In this document: one piece after another, positions 18,818 through 28,923 of the stretch
How the letters are laid out: each line of letters opens with the position of its first letter
Numbering within the stretch: the first letter of the stretch is position 1
Source: Acidimicrobiales bacterium
GTDB lineage: Bacteria > Actinomycetota > Acidimicrobiia > Acidimicrobiales > JAHWLA01
Length of the DNA: 64,000 nt
Assembly: GCA_035536915.1 (NCBI GenBank)
Contig: DATLNE010000041.1
Location: forward strand, 1 to 64,000
Direction: 5' to 3'
Made by a program: the position numbers and the translations under genes
Notes under the pieces: generated by a model
Told to the model about the DNA's origin: nothing
Seen by the model: the letters and a program-made list of their open reading frames with translations, nothing else
Database searches by the model: none

Positions 18818-18933
18818 GAGCCGAGCCGATAGGCGAGGCGACCAATGAGCACAGTGCCTGTCTCGGCGGCCTCAGGCCGCCGAGAAGCCCTACGGCGCGT
18901 GGCGGGTGACCTGTCCGCGCAACTCCTCAGGCG

Positions 18934-19311
18934 CTACGCGGCGCCCGTCGTCTCCCACTCGACGCGGGGGGCGTCGGACCACAGGCGCTCGAGGTCGTAG
19001 TAGCGGCGCACCTCGTCGAGGAACACGTGGACGACGAAGTCGCCGTAGTCCATGAGCACCCAACGGGCGTCGTCGAGGCCTTCCACCCGCAGCGGTTTGT
19101 GGCCGCCCGCCTCGTCGACCTTGCGCTCGACCTCCTCGGCGATGGTGCGCACCTGCCGGGCGTTGGCGCCGCTGGTGATGACGAAGGCGTCGGTGATGGC
19201 GAGCACCGCCCCCACTTCGAGGACGACCGTGTCCTCGCCCTTCTTGTCGGATGCGGCCTTGGCCGCAGTCACCAACAGTTCTCGAATGTCGTCCCGGCTG
19301 GTTGCTGCCAC
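18934..19311 (-). CDS. rsfS: ribosome silencing factor RsfS (iojap)
   Basis: 125 aa; RsfS-like sequence and the conserved nadD-rsfS neighbourhood. Confidence 0.9.
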   Translation of the reverse strand: MAATSRDDIRELLVTAAKAASDKKGEDTVVLEVGAVLAITDAFVITSGANARQVRTIAEEVERKVDEAGGHKPLRVEGLDDARWVLMDYGDFVVHVFLDEVRRYYDLERLWSDAPRVEWETTGAA

Positions 19312-19316
19312 GTCGC

Positions 19317-20522
19317 CTACTTGAAGTCCTTTCCGACGATGATCGTCACGTCCACCACATCCAGCGGATTGCGGCTGAACACAAGCTTGCCCACGCCCAG
19401 CGCGTCGCGAACCCGTTGCGCATCCGCCTGCTTGGCCCGGTCGTAGAAGACCACCTGGGTCTCGGTGTAGTCGAACCGGGCGGCGTTGCCGGTCAGCTTG
19501 ACCTCCACGGCCGTGCCCAACTTGTCGGCCACCCGCTGCGCCAACTGCACGGCGCCGGTGCCGTTGAGGATCTGCACGATCGGACGGCCGCCCGTCGCCG
19601 CCTGGCCGCCCGGGAACAACGCGCTTCGCAGCTGGGCGAGTTCGGCCCGGTCGACTTGGTAGAGCTGGCCGTCAGCACCCGTGCCCAGGGGGTCGACGGG
19701 CAGGCTGCGGGTGCGGACGGGGCCCGCGGCCAGGTCGCGCAGCAGCTTGGCCAGCGCCGGGGGCTGCTCGGGCACGGCTTTGGGGTCCTTGAGCTTGGCC
19801 AGCCAGGCGTCCCAGAAGGCTTGGTGGCGAGCCAGGCGACTGAGGTCGGTGGACCGGCCCCGCTCGGCCAGGAGGCGGGGGACGTCGGCGGCGGCCACAT
19901 CGTTGGGCCCCGACTCGAACAGCACCTTGACCGTGCCCCGGGCGTCGACCTGTTCGACCCGCTCGGGGATGTCGACCTTGATCGGCGCCGCCGGGGTGAC
20001 GAGGGCGGTGATCGCCGCATCGTCGAGCACGTGGACCTCGCCGATGGTGGCGCCCAGCAGGTTCTGCACCGTGGCCTGGAGGCGGGCGGGGCCGCCCAGG
20101 CTCAGCACTTGGCCCAGAGGCTGGAGGTCGAGGGAGGCCACTTCGGCCATGGCGCCCGGCGGGAGCAGGACGATGGTGCCGCCCTTGCCGCCGGCATCGG
20201 GGGCGACGACGAACAACGAGATCGCCTGGCCCGCGGCGTCGCGCTGGGCCAAGAGGACGGCGGGGGGCGGCGGCGCGGCCGCGGCCGCTCCGGGCTTGGT
20301 GTCGTCGCCCTTGTCGGAGGTGGCGTCGGAGACGAAGAGGCCGACGGCGGCCAGCACCACGAGGACGGCGACGGCCACCGCGGCGGTGAAGCGCAGGCTG
20401 CGCGTGCGGCGCTGCTTGCGGCGGCGCAGGTCCCGACGCGACCGGCCGGTACGGCGGGTCTCGGGCAGCGGGATGGTGGCGACGTCGTCGTGCAGGTCGG
20501 GCGGGGCCACCGGGCTGTTCAT
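19317..20522 (-). CDS. membrane-anchored LytR_C-domain-like protein
   Basis: 401 aa; Arg-rich N-terminus, one TM, Ala/Pro-rich linker; sits in the usual slot between nadD and rsfS in actinobacteria; domain assignment is tentative. Confidence 0.5.
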   Translation of the reverse strand: MNSPVAPPDLHDDVATIPLPETRRTGRSRRDLRRRKQRRTRSLRFTAAVAVAVLVVLAAVGLFVSDATSDKGDDTKPGAAAAAPPPPAVLLAQRDAAGQAISLFVVAPDAGGKGGTIVLLPPGAMAEVASLDLQPLGQVLSLGGPARLQATVQNLLGATIGEVHVLDDAAITALVTPAAPIKVDIPERVEQVDARGTVKVLFESGPNDVAAADVPRLLAERGRSTDLSRLARHQAFWDAWLAKLKDPKAVPEQPPALAKLLRDLAAGPVRTRSLPVDPLGTGADGQLYQVDRAELAQLRSALFPGGQAATGGRPIVQILNGTGAVQLAQRVADKLGTAVEVKLTGNAARFDYTETQVVFYDRAKQADAQRVRDALGVGKLVFSRNPLDVVDVTIIVGKDFK

Positions 20523-20526
20523 CCGA

Positions 20527-21078
20527 CTAGTCAGCGTACAGACCGCGCTCCCTGATCACGCGGAGCGCGGCGGGCGGCACGAGCACGTCGACGGGGCGCC
20601 CTTCGGCCATGCGGGCCCGCAGCTCGGTGCTGGTGACGTCGAGGCGGGGCACGTCGAGGGTGCGCAGGCCCGGCGGGTTGGCGACACCCGGGCGGGGCAC
20701 CACAACAAGTTCGGCCAACGTGGGCACCTCGTCGGCCCGCACCCAGGTGTGCAGGTTGGCCGCCGCCTCGGCGCCGAGCACGAGGAACACGTCATTGCCC
20801 GCCAGGGCCTCCAGCGTCTCCACCGTGTAGGAGGGGCCCCCGCGGTCGATCTCCATGCGGCTGGCCTCGACGCCGTCGATGTCGGCCGCCGCTGCAGCGA
20901 CCATGGCGAACCGGTCCTCCGCCGGCGTGATGGCGCGGGTGTCCGCCTTCTGCCACGGGATGTTGGCCACCATCAGCAGCACGCGGTCGAGCGCCAACTC
21001 GTGGCGGGCGGCCACCGCCACGGCAAGGTGGCCGATGTGGACGGGGTCGAACGTCCCGCCGACGACGCCGACTCTCAT
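20527..21078 (-). CDS. nadD: nicotinate-nucleotide adenylyltransferase NadD
   Basis: GGTFDPVHIGH (H/T)IGH motif; ATG verified at 21076-21078; 183 aa. Confidence 0.9.
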   Translation of the reverse strand: MRVGVVGGTFDPVHIGHLAVAVAARHELALDRVLLMVANIPWQKADTRAITPAEDRFAMVAAAAADIDGVEASRMEIDRGGPSYTVETLEALAGNDVFLVLGAEAAANLHTWVRADEVPTLAELVVVPRPGVANPPGLRTLDVPRLDVTSTELRARMAEGRPVDVLVPPAALRVIRERGLYAD

Positions 21079-21080
21079 CC

Positions 21081-22013
21081 TCAGGTGCCGGCGAGGCGAG
21101 CCACGACCTCGCCGAAGGCTTCCATCTCGGCCTCGTGCACCACGACGTAGCTGAGGCCGTACTCCTCGCGCCGGCGCTGCAACGTCTCGCAGATTGTGTC
21201 GACGCTGCCCACGAGGGCGAGGGGGATCTCCAACGCTGCTTCGGGCTCGATGCCGAACAGCGGGGCGATGTTGGCGGCGGCCTCGTTGGGGTCGACGCCG
21301 ATCTGGACGAGGAAGGTGAGCACTTGCAGTTCGATGTCGTCGATGCGGTCGCCCGCCGCCTCGCGCACCCAGCCGATGCGCTCCCGATAGCGGTCGGCCA
21401 GCGCCGAGGCCGCCGTCTCCGGGCCGACGTAGCCCGACTTGAGGTTGGGGTTGACGCCCACGATGTCGGCCTCGCGAGCAGCGATCGACAGCACCTTCTT
21501 GCCGCCGCCGCCGATGACGATCTTGGGGTGCGGCTGCGAATACGGTCGGGGCAGCCCCTGGGCGTTGGTGATCGTGTAGTGCTCGCCCGAGAACGAGAAT
21601 GTGGGCTGCGACCACAGCCCCTTCATGACGGCCAGCCCTTCGACCATGCGGTCGATGCGGGTGCCCGGCGAGTCGTAGGGCATGCCCGACTCGTCGTAGT
21701 CGGTCTTCATCCACCCGGCGCCGAGTCCCGCCTCCAGGCGGCCTTCGCAGAAGAGGTCGAGGGTGGCCAGCTCCTTGGCCAGCACCAGCGGGTGGCGATA
21801 GTCGTTGTCGAGCACCAGCGCCCCCACGTTGAGCCGCTCGGTCGCTTCGGCTGCCGCCGTCAGCGCCACCAGCGGCCCGAACTGCTCGCCGAAGTGGTCG
21901 GGGATGTAGAGGGTCGAATAACCCAACGCCTCGACCTGCCGGGCCCGTTCCCGCCACGACTTGCCGTCAGGAGCGAACGCCGTCTGCACCGCGAAGCGAA
22001 AGGGCTTGGTCAT
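21081..22013 (-). CDS. LLM-class (luciferase-like) F420-dependent oxidoreductase
   Basis: 310 aa; luciferase-like TIM-barrel motifs; 2-nt gap to nadD. Confidence 0.75.
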   Translation of the reverse strand: MTKPFRFAVQTAFAPDGKSWRERARQVEALGYSTLYIPDHFGEQFGPLVALTAAAEATERLNVGALVLDNDYRHPLVLAKELATLDLFCEGRLEAGLGAGWMKTDYDESGMPYDSPGTRIDRMVEGLAVMKGLWSQPTFSFSGEHYTITNAQGLPRPYSQPHPKIVIGGGGKKVLSIAAREADIVGVNPNLKSGYVGPETAASALADRYRERIGWVREAAGDRIDDIELQVLTFLVQIGVDPNEAAANIAPLFGIEPEAALEIPLALVGSVDTICETLQRRREEYGLSYVVVHEAEMEAFGEVVARLAGT

Positions 22014-22087
22014 GCCCGGAACTCTACGGCGGACGACACGAGTACGGGCTGCCCGGAATCCGGGCAGCCCGTACTCGAACTACGACG

Positions 22088-24103
22088 TCAGGCCGCTTCG
22101 ACCTCCACCTCCACCTCCGGCTCCACCTCCGGCGCCGGCTCCAACGCCGGAACGGGCACTGGCTCCCCGCCCGAAGGCTGGAGGTAGCGCATCAGCGTCG
22201 CCGCCAGGCCGTCGAGGCTGGAGCCGCCGCCCGTCACCAGCACCTCGGGCATGATGTCGACGCCGCCCTCGGCCACCGCGTTGGCCACCGCCACCAAGGC
22301 CGTGGCACCGCCGCCGATGGCGTCGCGCTGGGCCTCGAAGCCCGCAGCCCGCGCCAAGCCCAACGCCTCGGTCGCCGCTGCTTCGGCCACGCCGATGGCC
22401 CGGGTGCGGTCAGCCTCGGCCTCACCGGTCAGCCGCACGTAGGCGGCCTCGCCTTCGGCTTCGGCCCGCCGTGCCTCGGCCTGGTTGCGCTGGATGTCGA
22501 CCGACACCTGGGCGACGGCCAGGTCGGCCTGCATATCGGCCGTGCCTCGGGCCCGCTCCACTTCGATGCGAGCGGTCTCGGCCCGCTGCTGCTCCTGGTA
22601 CGTGGCCCGCTCCTGGTTGGCGATCTCCCGGCGGGTCAGTACCTCGACCAAGGCGGCGGGGAAGATCACGTCCTGGATGTAGACGCCCCGCGTCTCCACC
22701 TCGTAGGTCGAGAGGTACTCGCGCACCGCCTCGTAGGCAGCCCGCTGTACCTCCTCGCGGGTCTCGATGAACCGCACCGCTTCGAGGTTCTGCAGCGTGT
22801 TGCGGAAGTGGTTGCCCACCGCGCTCTGCAGCACCTCGTTGACCAGGTTGACCATGGTGCCGACCATCGAGATCACCTTGGGCGCCCGCGTGTCGCTCAC
22901 GTGGATCTGCACTTGCAGGTCGATGGTGAACACGAAGCCCTCGCGGCTCTTGCCGATGATCGGCTCGAGGCGGGCGTCGAGGTTGTGGGCCATCGACGTG
23001 GCGTTGGCCCAGTTCAAGGTGAGGATGAACGTCGGCACGATCTCGGCCGCGTAGATGCGCGGGTTGATGGCGTACTTGCCGGTGCGCAGCGGCTCCTGCC
23101 AGATGCCGCGGTGGCCGGGTCGCACGATCGACCCGAACTTGAACTCCACCCCCGACGTGTCGAGCGTGGGCAGCCCGACGAAGCCCTTGATGACCGCCAC
23201 CTCGCCCTGGTTCACGACGAGCATGGGAACGAGTTGCACCTGCACCAGGAACGGGTTGAGCAGGTAGGCGCCGTAGAGCAACGGGTCGTGCTGCAAACCG
23301 ATGCGCCCGCCGTTGTCGAGGAACGCCTGGAAGTCCTGGTAGTTGTTGTGGAGGTCGTTCTTCGAGCCCAGCAGCGTGTCGATGAGCTCGGCGTCGGTGG
23401 TCTCCGGCGACTGCTCCATGGCAGCCACATCGGCGAAGCCGCCCAGCCTGCTGGCGATGTCGCCCGAGTCGAGCGGACCGCCTTCCAGGGTGGTCACCAG
23501 CCCCACCACGTCGACGTCGCCCTGCGGCGCGATCACCACTACCCGCAGCTGCTCAGGGCGTAGCCCGAAGGAGTGCGGGGCGAGCCCGTCGTCGGCCAGG
23601 AAGGCAAGCTCCGGCGCCACCGGCAGGCCGAACACCTCGCGGGCGGTGATGACGATGAACCCGACCGGGTGGATGGGAACGGTGGTGCCCGGCGGCAGGA
23701 CGGGGCGCTGCACGCCCTTCTGGCCGCCCGCCCGCAAGAACGTCTCCAGGTCGGAGAAGTTGCCCGCCCGCGGGAAGTAGTGCGCGCTCTTGGCGCCGAT
23801 GGGCAACGGCGCGCCGACCTGGGCGATGACGACGCCGATCTCCCCCGCAGGCACCTGCACCCACGGGAACTTCGACACCGAGAACACCGGCCAGAACTTG
23901 AAGCGCAACCCCGGCATGAGCAGCTCGGCCTGGTAACCCGCCTCGCCGCCGAAGGCGATGGGGTCGTCGCCCTCAAGCTTCTTGAAGCCGAGCTTCTTGT
24001 TGACCAGGCCCACCTCGGCGGCGCCGATGAAGTGGACCGACTTGAGCAGGAGGACGACCGCGAGCAACGCCACCGGCGCTCCCGCGATCAGCGTGGTGTT
24101 CAT
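22088..24103 (-). CDS. flotillin-like SPFH/band-7 domain protein
   Basis: 672 aa; N-terminal TM, SPFH domain, long Ala/Glu/Arg-rich coiled-coil (flotillin-type) C-terminus. Confidence 0.75.
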   Translation of the reverse strand: MNTTLIAGAPVALLAVVLLLKSVHFIGAAEVGLVNKKLGFKKLEGDDPIAFGGEAGYQAELLMPGLRFKFWPVFSVSKFPWVQVPAGEIGVVIAQVGAPLPIGAKSAHYFPRAGNFSDLETFLRAGGQKGVQRPVLPPGTTVPIHPVGFIVITAREVFGLPVAPELAFLADDGLAPHSFGLRPEQLRVVVIAPQGDVDVVGLVTTLEGGPLDSGDIASRLGGFADVAAMEQSPETTDAELIDTLLGSKNDLHNNYQDFQAFLDNGGRIGLQHDPLLYGAYLLNPFLVQVQLVPMLVVNQGEVAVIKGFVGLPTLDTSGVEFKFGSIVRPGHRGIWQEPLRTGKYAINPRIYAAEIVPTFILTLNWANATSMAHNLDARLEPIIGKSREGFVFTIDLQVQIHVSDTRAPKVISMVGTMVNLVNEVLQSAVGNHFRNTLQNLEAVRFIETREEVQRAAYEAVREYLSTYEVETRGVYIQDVIFPAALVEVLTRREIANQERATYQEQQRAETARIEVERARGTADMQADLAVAQVSVDIQRNQAEARRAEAEGEAAYVRLTGEAEADRTRAIGVAEAAATEALGLARAAGFEAQRDAIGGGATALVAVANAVAEGGVDIMPEVLVTGGGSSLDGLAATLMRYLQPSGGEPVPVPALEPAPEVEPEVEVEVEAA

Positions 24104-24204
24104 CTCTTCCTTTCGACCCGAGCGACACGCCGGGTCTCGTCGGTATAAGCGTATCAAGACGTCTCGATGAGCGGAAGAGGTTTTCTGGCGATATCCTGGC
24201 GGCT

Positions 24205-24678
24205 GTGCCTCCCCCTCCCCTGGTCCCTGCCGACGACGGCTGGTTCGAGTGGACCGCCGCCCCGGCCAGCGCAGGACGGGTGCTCGTGCGCGTCGACCGC
24301 GCCGACGACGGACGCCACCAGATCACCGCTATCCGCATCGAGGGCGCGGTCTCGGCCGACCTGCTGCGGTCGATCCCGGTGGGGCGCATCGAGGCCGCGG
24401 CCAACGCCGTCCTCCACCCCGGCCCGGCCGCACCGCCCCGCCGCCGGGCCTCGGCTCGCATCGCCGACGCACTGCGGGCCAACGCCGTGCAGGGGTACCC
24501 CGACACCTTCTACGACGCCGTAGCTGCGGCCTACCGCATGCTCGTGGGCACCAGCTCCCGGCCCATCGGCGACCTGGCCGAAGCCAACGACGTGCCCGTC
24601 ACCACCGCGCAGCGATGGGTGAAGGAGGCGCGCCGTCGGGGCAAGCTCCCGCCGGGCCGCAGCGGCAAAGCAGGCTGA
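24205..24678 (+). CDS. hypothetical protein with a C-terminal HTH-like segment
   Basis: 157 aa ORF with non-degenerate composition; ends in AQRWVKEARRRGKLP; weak support. Confidence 0.35.
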   Translation: MPPPPLVPADDGWFEWTAAPASAGRVLVRVDRADDGRHQITAIRIEGAVSADLLRSIPVGRIEAAANAVLHPGPAAPPRRRASARIADALRANAVQGYPDTFYDAVAAAYRMLVGTSSRPIGDLAEANDVPVTTAQRWVKEARRRGKLPPGRSGKAG

Positions 24679-24684
24679 AGGCCT

Positions 24685-26061
24685 TTGCGCAACACCACAG
24701 GAGCCGCGACGCTGGTGGACATGTCGCAGTGGACGCCGAGCAGCTGGCGCGACCTTCCCGCCGACCAGCAGCCCGACTGGCCCGACGAGGCCGCGCTCGA
24801 CCGCGCCCTCAAGCAGTTGGCGTCGCTGCCCCCGCTCGTCTTCGCAGGCGAGGCCCGCCAGCTCACCGACGCCTTGGCCGACGTGGCTGCGGGCAAGGCG
24901 TTCCTGCTGCAGGCGGGCGACTGCGCCGAGTCGTTCGCCGACTTCACCGCCGACGCCATCCGCGACAAGTTGAAGGTCGTCCTCCAGATGGCCGTCGTCC
25001 TCACCTACGGCTCGGGCGTGCCCACGGTGAAGGTCGGACGGATCGCCGGGCAGTTCGCCAAGCCCCGCTCCTCCCCCACGGAAATGGTGGGCGGCCTGGA
25101 ACTGCCGTCGTTCCGAGGCCACATGGTCAACGACGACGCCCCCACCGTGGCCGCCCGCACCCCCGACCCCGAGCGGCTGGTGGCGGCGTACCACCAGGCG
25201 GCGTCCACCCTGAACCTGCTGCGGGCCTTCACCAAGGGCGGCTTTGCCGACCTGAGCCAGGTCCACGTCTGGAACCAGCAGTTCGTGGCCACCTCCAACG
25301 AGGGCCGGCGTTACGAAGCCATCGCCGGCGAGATCGACCGAGCCATGCGGTTCATGCGGGCCTGCGGCATCGACCTGGCCCGCGAGGCCAACCTCCACCA
25401 GGTCGACTTCTTCACCAGCCACGAGGCCCTCCTGCTCGGCTACGAGGAAGCGCTGACCCGCAAGGACTCGCTGACCGGCGATTGGTACGACTGCTCCGCC
25501 CACATGCTCTGGATCGGCGAGCGCACCCGACGCCTCGACGGCGCCCACGTGGAGTTCTTGGCCGGGGTGCGCAACCCCCTCGGCTGCAAGGTCGGCCCCA
25601 CGGCGACGGCCGACGAGGTGCTGGCCCTGTGCGAGCGGCTCAACCCGGAGCGGGTGCCGGGCCGGCTCACCCTCATCTCCCGCATGGGCGTCGACAAGGT
25701 GGCCGCCGCCCTGCCGCCGCTGCTGGCTGCCGTGCGGGAGGCGGGCCACCCTGTGGTGTGGGCGTGCGACCCCATGCACGGCAACACCTATACGAGCCCG
25801 GGCGGGCGCAAGACCCGGCACTTCGACGCGGTGATCGACGAGGTGCGCCGGTTCTTCATCGCCTGCCACGACGAGGGCGTGTGGCCCGGCGGCCTCCACA
25901 TCGAGCTCACCGGCGACGACGTCACCGAGTGCCTGGGCGGCGCCGAGGAGATCCTCGAGGACCACCTGGAGTCGCGCTACACCACCACCTGCGACCCCCG
26001 GCTCAACGCCCGCCAGTCGCTCGACCTGGCCTACCTCGTCGCGGAACGCCTCCGCGCCTGA
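24685..26061 (+). CDS. aroG: class II 3-deoxy-7-phosphoheptulonate (DAHP) synthase
   Basis: 458 aa; class II AroA-type N-terminus (WTPSSWRDLPADQQPDWPD) and length; the true start may be the internal MSQW. Confidence 0.85.
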   Translation: MRNTTGAATLVDMSQWTPSSWRDLPADQQPDWPDEAALDRALKQLASLPPLVFAGEARQLTDALADVAAGKAFLLQAGDCAESFADFTADAIRDKLKVVLQMAVVLTYGSGVPTVKVGRIAGQFAKPRSSPTEMVGGLELPSFRGHMVNDDAPTVAARTPDPERLVAAYHQAASTLNLLRAFTKGGFADLSQVHVWNQQFVATSNEGRRYEAIAGEIDRAMRFMRACGIDLAREANLHQVDFFTSHEALLLGYEEALTRKDSLTGDWYDCSAHMLWIGERTRRLDGAHVEFLAGVRNPLGCKVGPTATADEVLALCERLNPERVPGRLTLISRMGVDKVAAALPPLLAAVREAGHPVVWACDPMHGNTYTSPGGRKTRHFDAVIDEVRRFFIACHDEGVWPGGLHIELTGDDVTECLGGAEEILEDHLESRYTTTCDPRLNARQSLDLAYLVAERLRA

Positions 26062-26094
26062 CCTCTGGAGTACATAGCCGGCGAAAATCGCCGG

Positions 26095-27903
26095 CTATGT
26101 ACTCGGGACCGAGCGGCGGCGGCGGGTTGTGGCGAGGCGGACGCCGACGGCCGACAGCAGCAGCACGGCGCCCAGTTCCATCGGCGTGTCCTCACCGGTG
26201 GCGGCCAGCGATCCGACCGACCGTTCTTGCTCGGCGCCTGCCACCCGCGTGCGGGCATTGGCGTTGGCGTTGTCGTTCGGGCCACCGGCCCGGCCCGTCG
26301 GCATCCAGTTGGGCTCGGCCGTGAACGACACCACGTCGATGCCCCGCCCGATGTCGGACGACATCAGGAAGTAGGTCCGCGTGCCGTCGTCGTTGTCGGC
26401 GATCTTGAACGGCTCGATCGTCCACGTCTGCGCACCGGGGAGGGTCAGCGCACCCACCTCGGTGAACGACCAGCGGCCCTCGGCGTCGATCTCGTAGTCG
26501 ATGACCTTGAACCCCTGGCTGTACCAGGCGGCGATGATCCGCTGCTCGTCGGGGATGTGCTCGATGACGTGGATGTTGCAGAACGTCGGCGCGGGCAGCA
26601 GGTTCTTCGAAATGAAGACGGCCTTCTTGCCGTCATTGGTCTGGGCGTACGTGGGGTTGGCGGGGTCCGAGATGTCGAACACGTGCATGCCGCCGTTGCC
26701 CACCGGGTTGGCCACCGTCGGCGCACACGTCGACCCCGGCGGCACCACGCCGCCGCCGCGCTCGTCGGTGACCAGCAGCCACTTGCCGTCGGGCGTGGGG
26801 TCGGCCTCGTGCGAGATCGACACGCCTTCGTTCGACGGCACCGCGGTGTTGCCGTTGGTGGCGTCACGCCCGGGGTGGTTGACGTGGCCCACGTGCGAGA
26901 ACCCGGTGGCCGCGGGCTTGCCCGCCGCCGCCCACTGCGCGGCAGTGACGCGGCAGTCGCTGACCTTGGCCGCCGTGTTGGTGCCGTCGACGACCGTGCA
27001 CGACAGCGGCGTGCCCCGCACGTCGCCGTTGCCCGCCGTCAGCCCGCTGACATCGATGATCGCCGTGCCGTTGATGCCGGCGCAGTACAGGCGTCCGGGT
27101 CGGGCCGTGATGTCGTGACAGCCGTGGGGCGCCGTTCCCTTGTCGTTCGTCGTCCACGACGGATCGAACGGCATTCGGTACACGGCCGGGCGGCAGGCGG
27201 CGCGCTTGGCCTCCAGCGACCCCGTCAGCCCGAGGCACGAGCGGATGTCGACCACGTCGATCCACGGACGGTCCTGGTCGGAGTTGGAGTTGTAGACGAT
27301 CCACGGGCGGGTGGCGTCGAGGGTGGCGGTGTGCGAGGTGCCGTCGAAGCGCAGAAGGTGCACCTCCTTCACCGGCGCCCCGCCCTCGCGGCCGACGCCC
27401 GAGATGTCGAGGATCTCCATGCCGCCTGCCCCCGGGTCGTGGCAGCGGTCGTTGGCGTCGGTGGTGTCGACGGCCAGCTCGGCGTCGTCGGGCGGCGTCA
27501 CCACTGTGTCGTGCTGCAGGCCGGTCACGCCCCGCGACGGGTTGCAATGGGCCGAGCCGTGGTCGGCCACCCACTCGGGGGCGACGGCGCCGTCGGCGCC
27601 GGTCAGGCGTACCACCCGCTGGCCTGCGTACTGGCCGTTGCCCTGGCCCAGGCTGCCGGCGATGCCGTAGATCGCCTCGCCCCGGGAGAAGAACTTGAGG
27701 TCGGTGCCCGGGTTGGGCGGGAAGTTCTTGAGAAACTCCCACTGCCCGACCTGCTGGATCGGTGTGCTCGGCAAGGCGGGTGACAGGACCGCCAAGGGCT
27801 CGTTGGACTCGGTGTGATCAGCGGCCGCCGGGACGGCGGTGAGGCCGAGAACGGCCGCCGCCGTGAGCGCCGGCAGGCCGAGCAATGCTCGGTGCGCGCG
27901 CAT
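26095..27903 (-). CDS. secreted beta-propeller-like (LVIVD-repeat-like) surface protein with a C-terminal LAxTG sortase sorting signal
   Basis: signal peptide (MRAHRALLGLPALTAAAVLGLTAVPAAA); C-terminal LAATGED + hydrophobic stretch + RRRR; repeated GxxxDIS/V motifs. Confidence 0.55.
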   Translation of the reverse strand: MRAHRALLGLPALTAAAVLGLTAVPAAADHTESNEPLAVLSPALPSTPIQQVGQWEFLKNFPPNPGTDLKFFSRGEAIYGIAGSLGQGNGQYAGQRVVRLTGADGAVAPEWVADHGSAHCNPSRGVTGLQHDTVVTPPDDAELAVDTTDANDRCHDPGAGGMEILDISGVGREGGAPVKEVHLLRFDGTSHTATLDATRPWIVYNSNSDQDRPWIDVVDIRSCLGLTGSLEAKRAACRPAVYRMPFDPSWTTNDKGTAPHGCHDITARPGRLYCAGINGTAIIDVSGLTAGNGDVRGTPLSCTVVDGTNTAAKVSDCRVTAAQWAAAGKPAATGFSHVGHVNHPGRDATNGNTAVPSNEGVSISHEADPTPDGKWLLVTDERGGGVVPPGSTCAPTVANPVGNGGMHVFDISDPANPTYAQTNDGKKAVFISKNLLPAPTFCNIHVIEHIPDEQRIIAAWYSQGFKVIDYEIDAEGRWSFTEVGALTLPGAQTWTIEPFKIADNDDGTRTYFLMSSDIGRGIDVVSFTAEPNWMPTGRAGGPNDNANANARTRVAGAEQERSVGSLAATGEDTPMELGAVLLLSAVGVRLATTRRRRSVPST

Positions 27904-28136
27904 GTCCGGTACGTACCACTTGCACGGTCTGCGCAACCATTGAACTAAAACTTGATCGGTTTACTCATATTTCGTACTCTTGACTTCATGCAGGGGTTGA
28001 CGACCACCGTGTTGCGCCGCCGTGGCGCCCCGTCGGTCGCCATGGGCCGCACCCCCCACCAGGCCCACGACACCCGCTGTATGCCCCTCCGCTGACCCGA
28101 CCCTGACCTCGTCCGCGTCGTCCCGGAGGCTCCTCC

Positions 28137-28913
28137 TTGCAGCTTGACCTTGCCATCGCCCTCGCCGGATTGCTCGTCGGTTTCACCGTCGGCCTCACCG
28201 GCATGGGCGGCGGCGCACTCATGACCCCGATCATGGTGCTGTTCTTCAAGGTCTCTCCCCTCGCAGCCGTCTCCAGCGACCTCGTCGTGTCCCTGATCAT
28301 GAAGCCCGTCGGCGGCGGCGTGCACCTGAAGCGGGGCACCGTCCGCAAGGACATCGCCCTGTGGCTGTGCGTCGGCTCCGTCCCCGCTGCCTTCGCCGGC
28401 GTCCTCATCCTCAACGCCCTCGGCGCCCACAACGTCGACGACCTGCTGAAGCGGGCACTCGGCCTGGCCCTGCTCGCCTCCGCGGGCTCTATCCTCCTGC
28501 GCCGCATGATCGACCGCCGTCGGGCCGAGGGCTACGAGCCCCGCCCCGCCGTGCTCAACCGCCCCCTCACCGTGCTCGTCGGCGTCATCGGCGGCCTCGT
28601 CGTCGGCCTCACCAGCGTGGGCTCGGGCTCGCTCATCATCGTGATGCTGCTGTTCCTGTACCCGGGCCTGAAGTCCAACGAGCTGGTCGGCACCGACTTG
28701 GTGCAGGCCATCCCCTTGGTCGGCGCCGCCGCCATCGGCCACATGTTCTTCGGCGCCGTGCAACTGGCCCTCACCGCCAGCCTGCTGGTGGGCGCCCTCC
28801 CCGGCGTCTACATCGGCGCCCGCCTCTCGGCCCACGCCCCCGACAAGGTCGTGCGCCCCGCTCTGTTCGTTGTGCTCCTGACGTCGGGCCTCAAGCTCGT
28901 CCAGGTCATCTGA
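28137..28913 (+). CDS. TauE/SafE family sulfite/anion exporter
   Basis: 258 aa polytopic protein; TauE signature (GLTGMGGGALMTPIMVL). Confidence 0.85.
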   Translation: MQLDLAIALAGLLVGFTVGLTGMGGGALMTPIMVLFFKVSPLAAVSSDLVVSLIMKPVGGGVHLKRGTVRKDIALWLCVGSVPAAFAGVLILNALGAHNVDDLLKRALGLALLASAGSILLRRMIDRRRAEGYEPRPAVLNRPLTVLVGVIGGLVVGLTSVGSGSLIIVMLLFLYPGLKSNELVGTDLVQAIPLVGAAAIGHMFFGAVQLALTASLLVGALPGVYIGARLSAHAPDKVVRPALFVVLLTSGLKLVQVI

Positions 28914-28923
28914 GGAGGATTCG

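Noticed and set aside
18818-18933. GC-rich inverted repeat (cggcggcc tcag gccgccg) between patatin and rsfS
   Set aside because: Probably a bidirectional terminator hairpin between convergent genes; not unusual.
24154-25965. 603-aa minus-strand ORF
   Set aside because: Antisense to the class II DAHP synthase gene, which is clearly recognisable; Gly/Arg/Pro-rich artefact.
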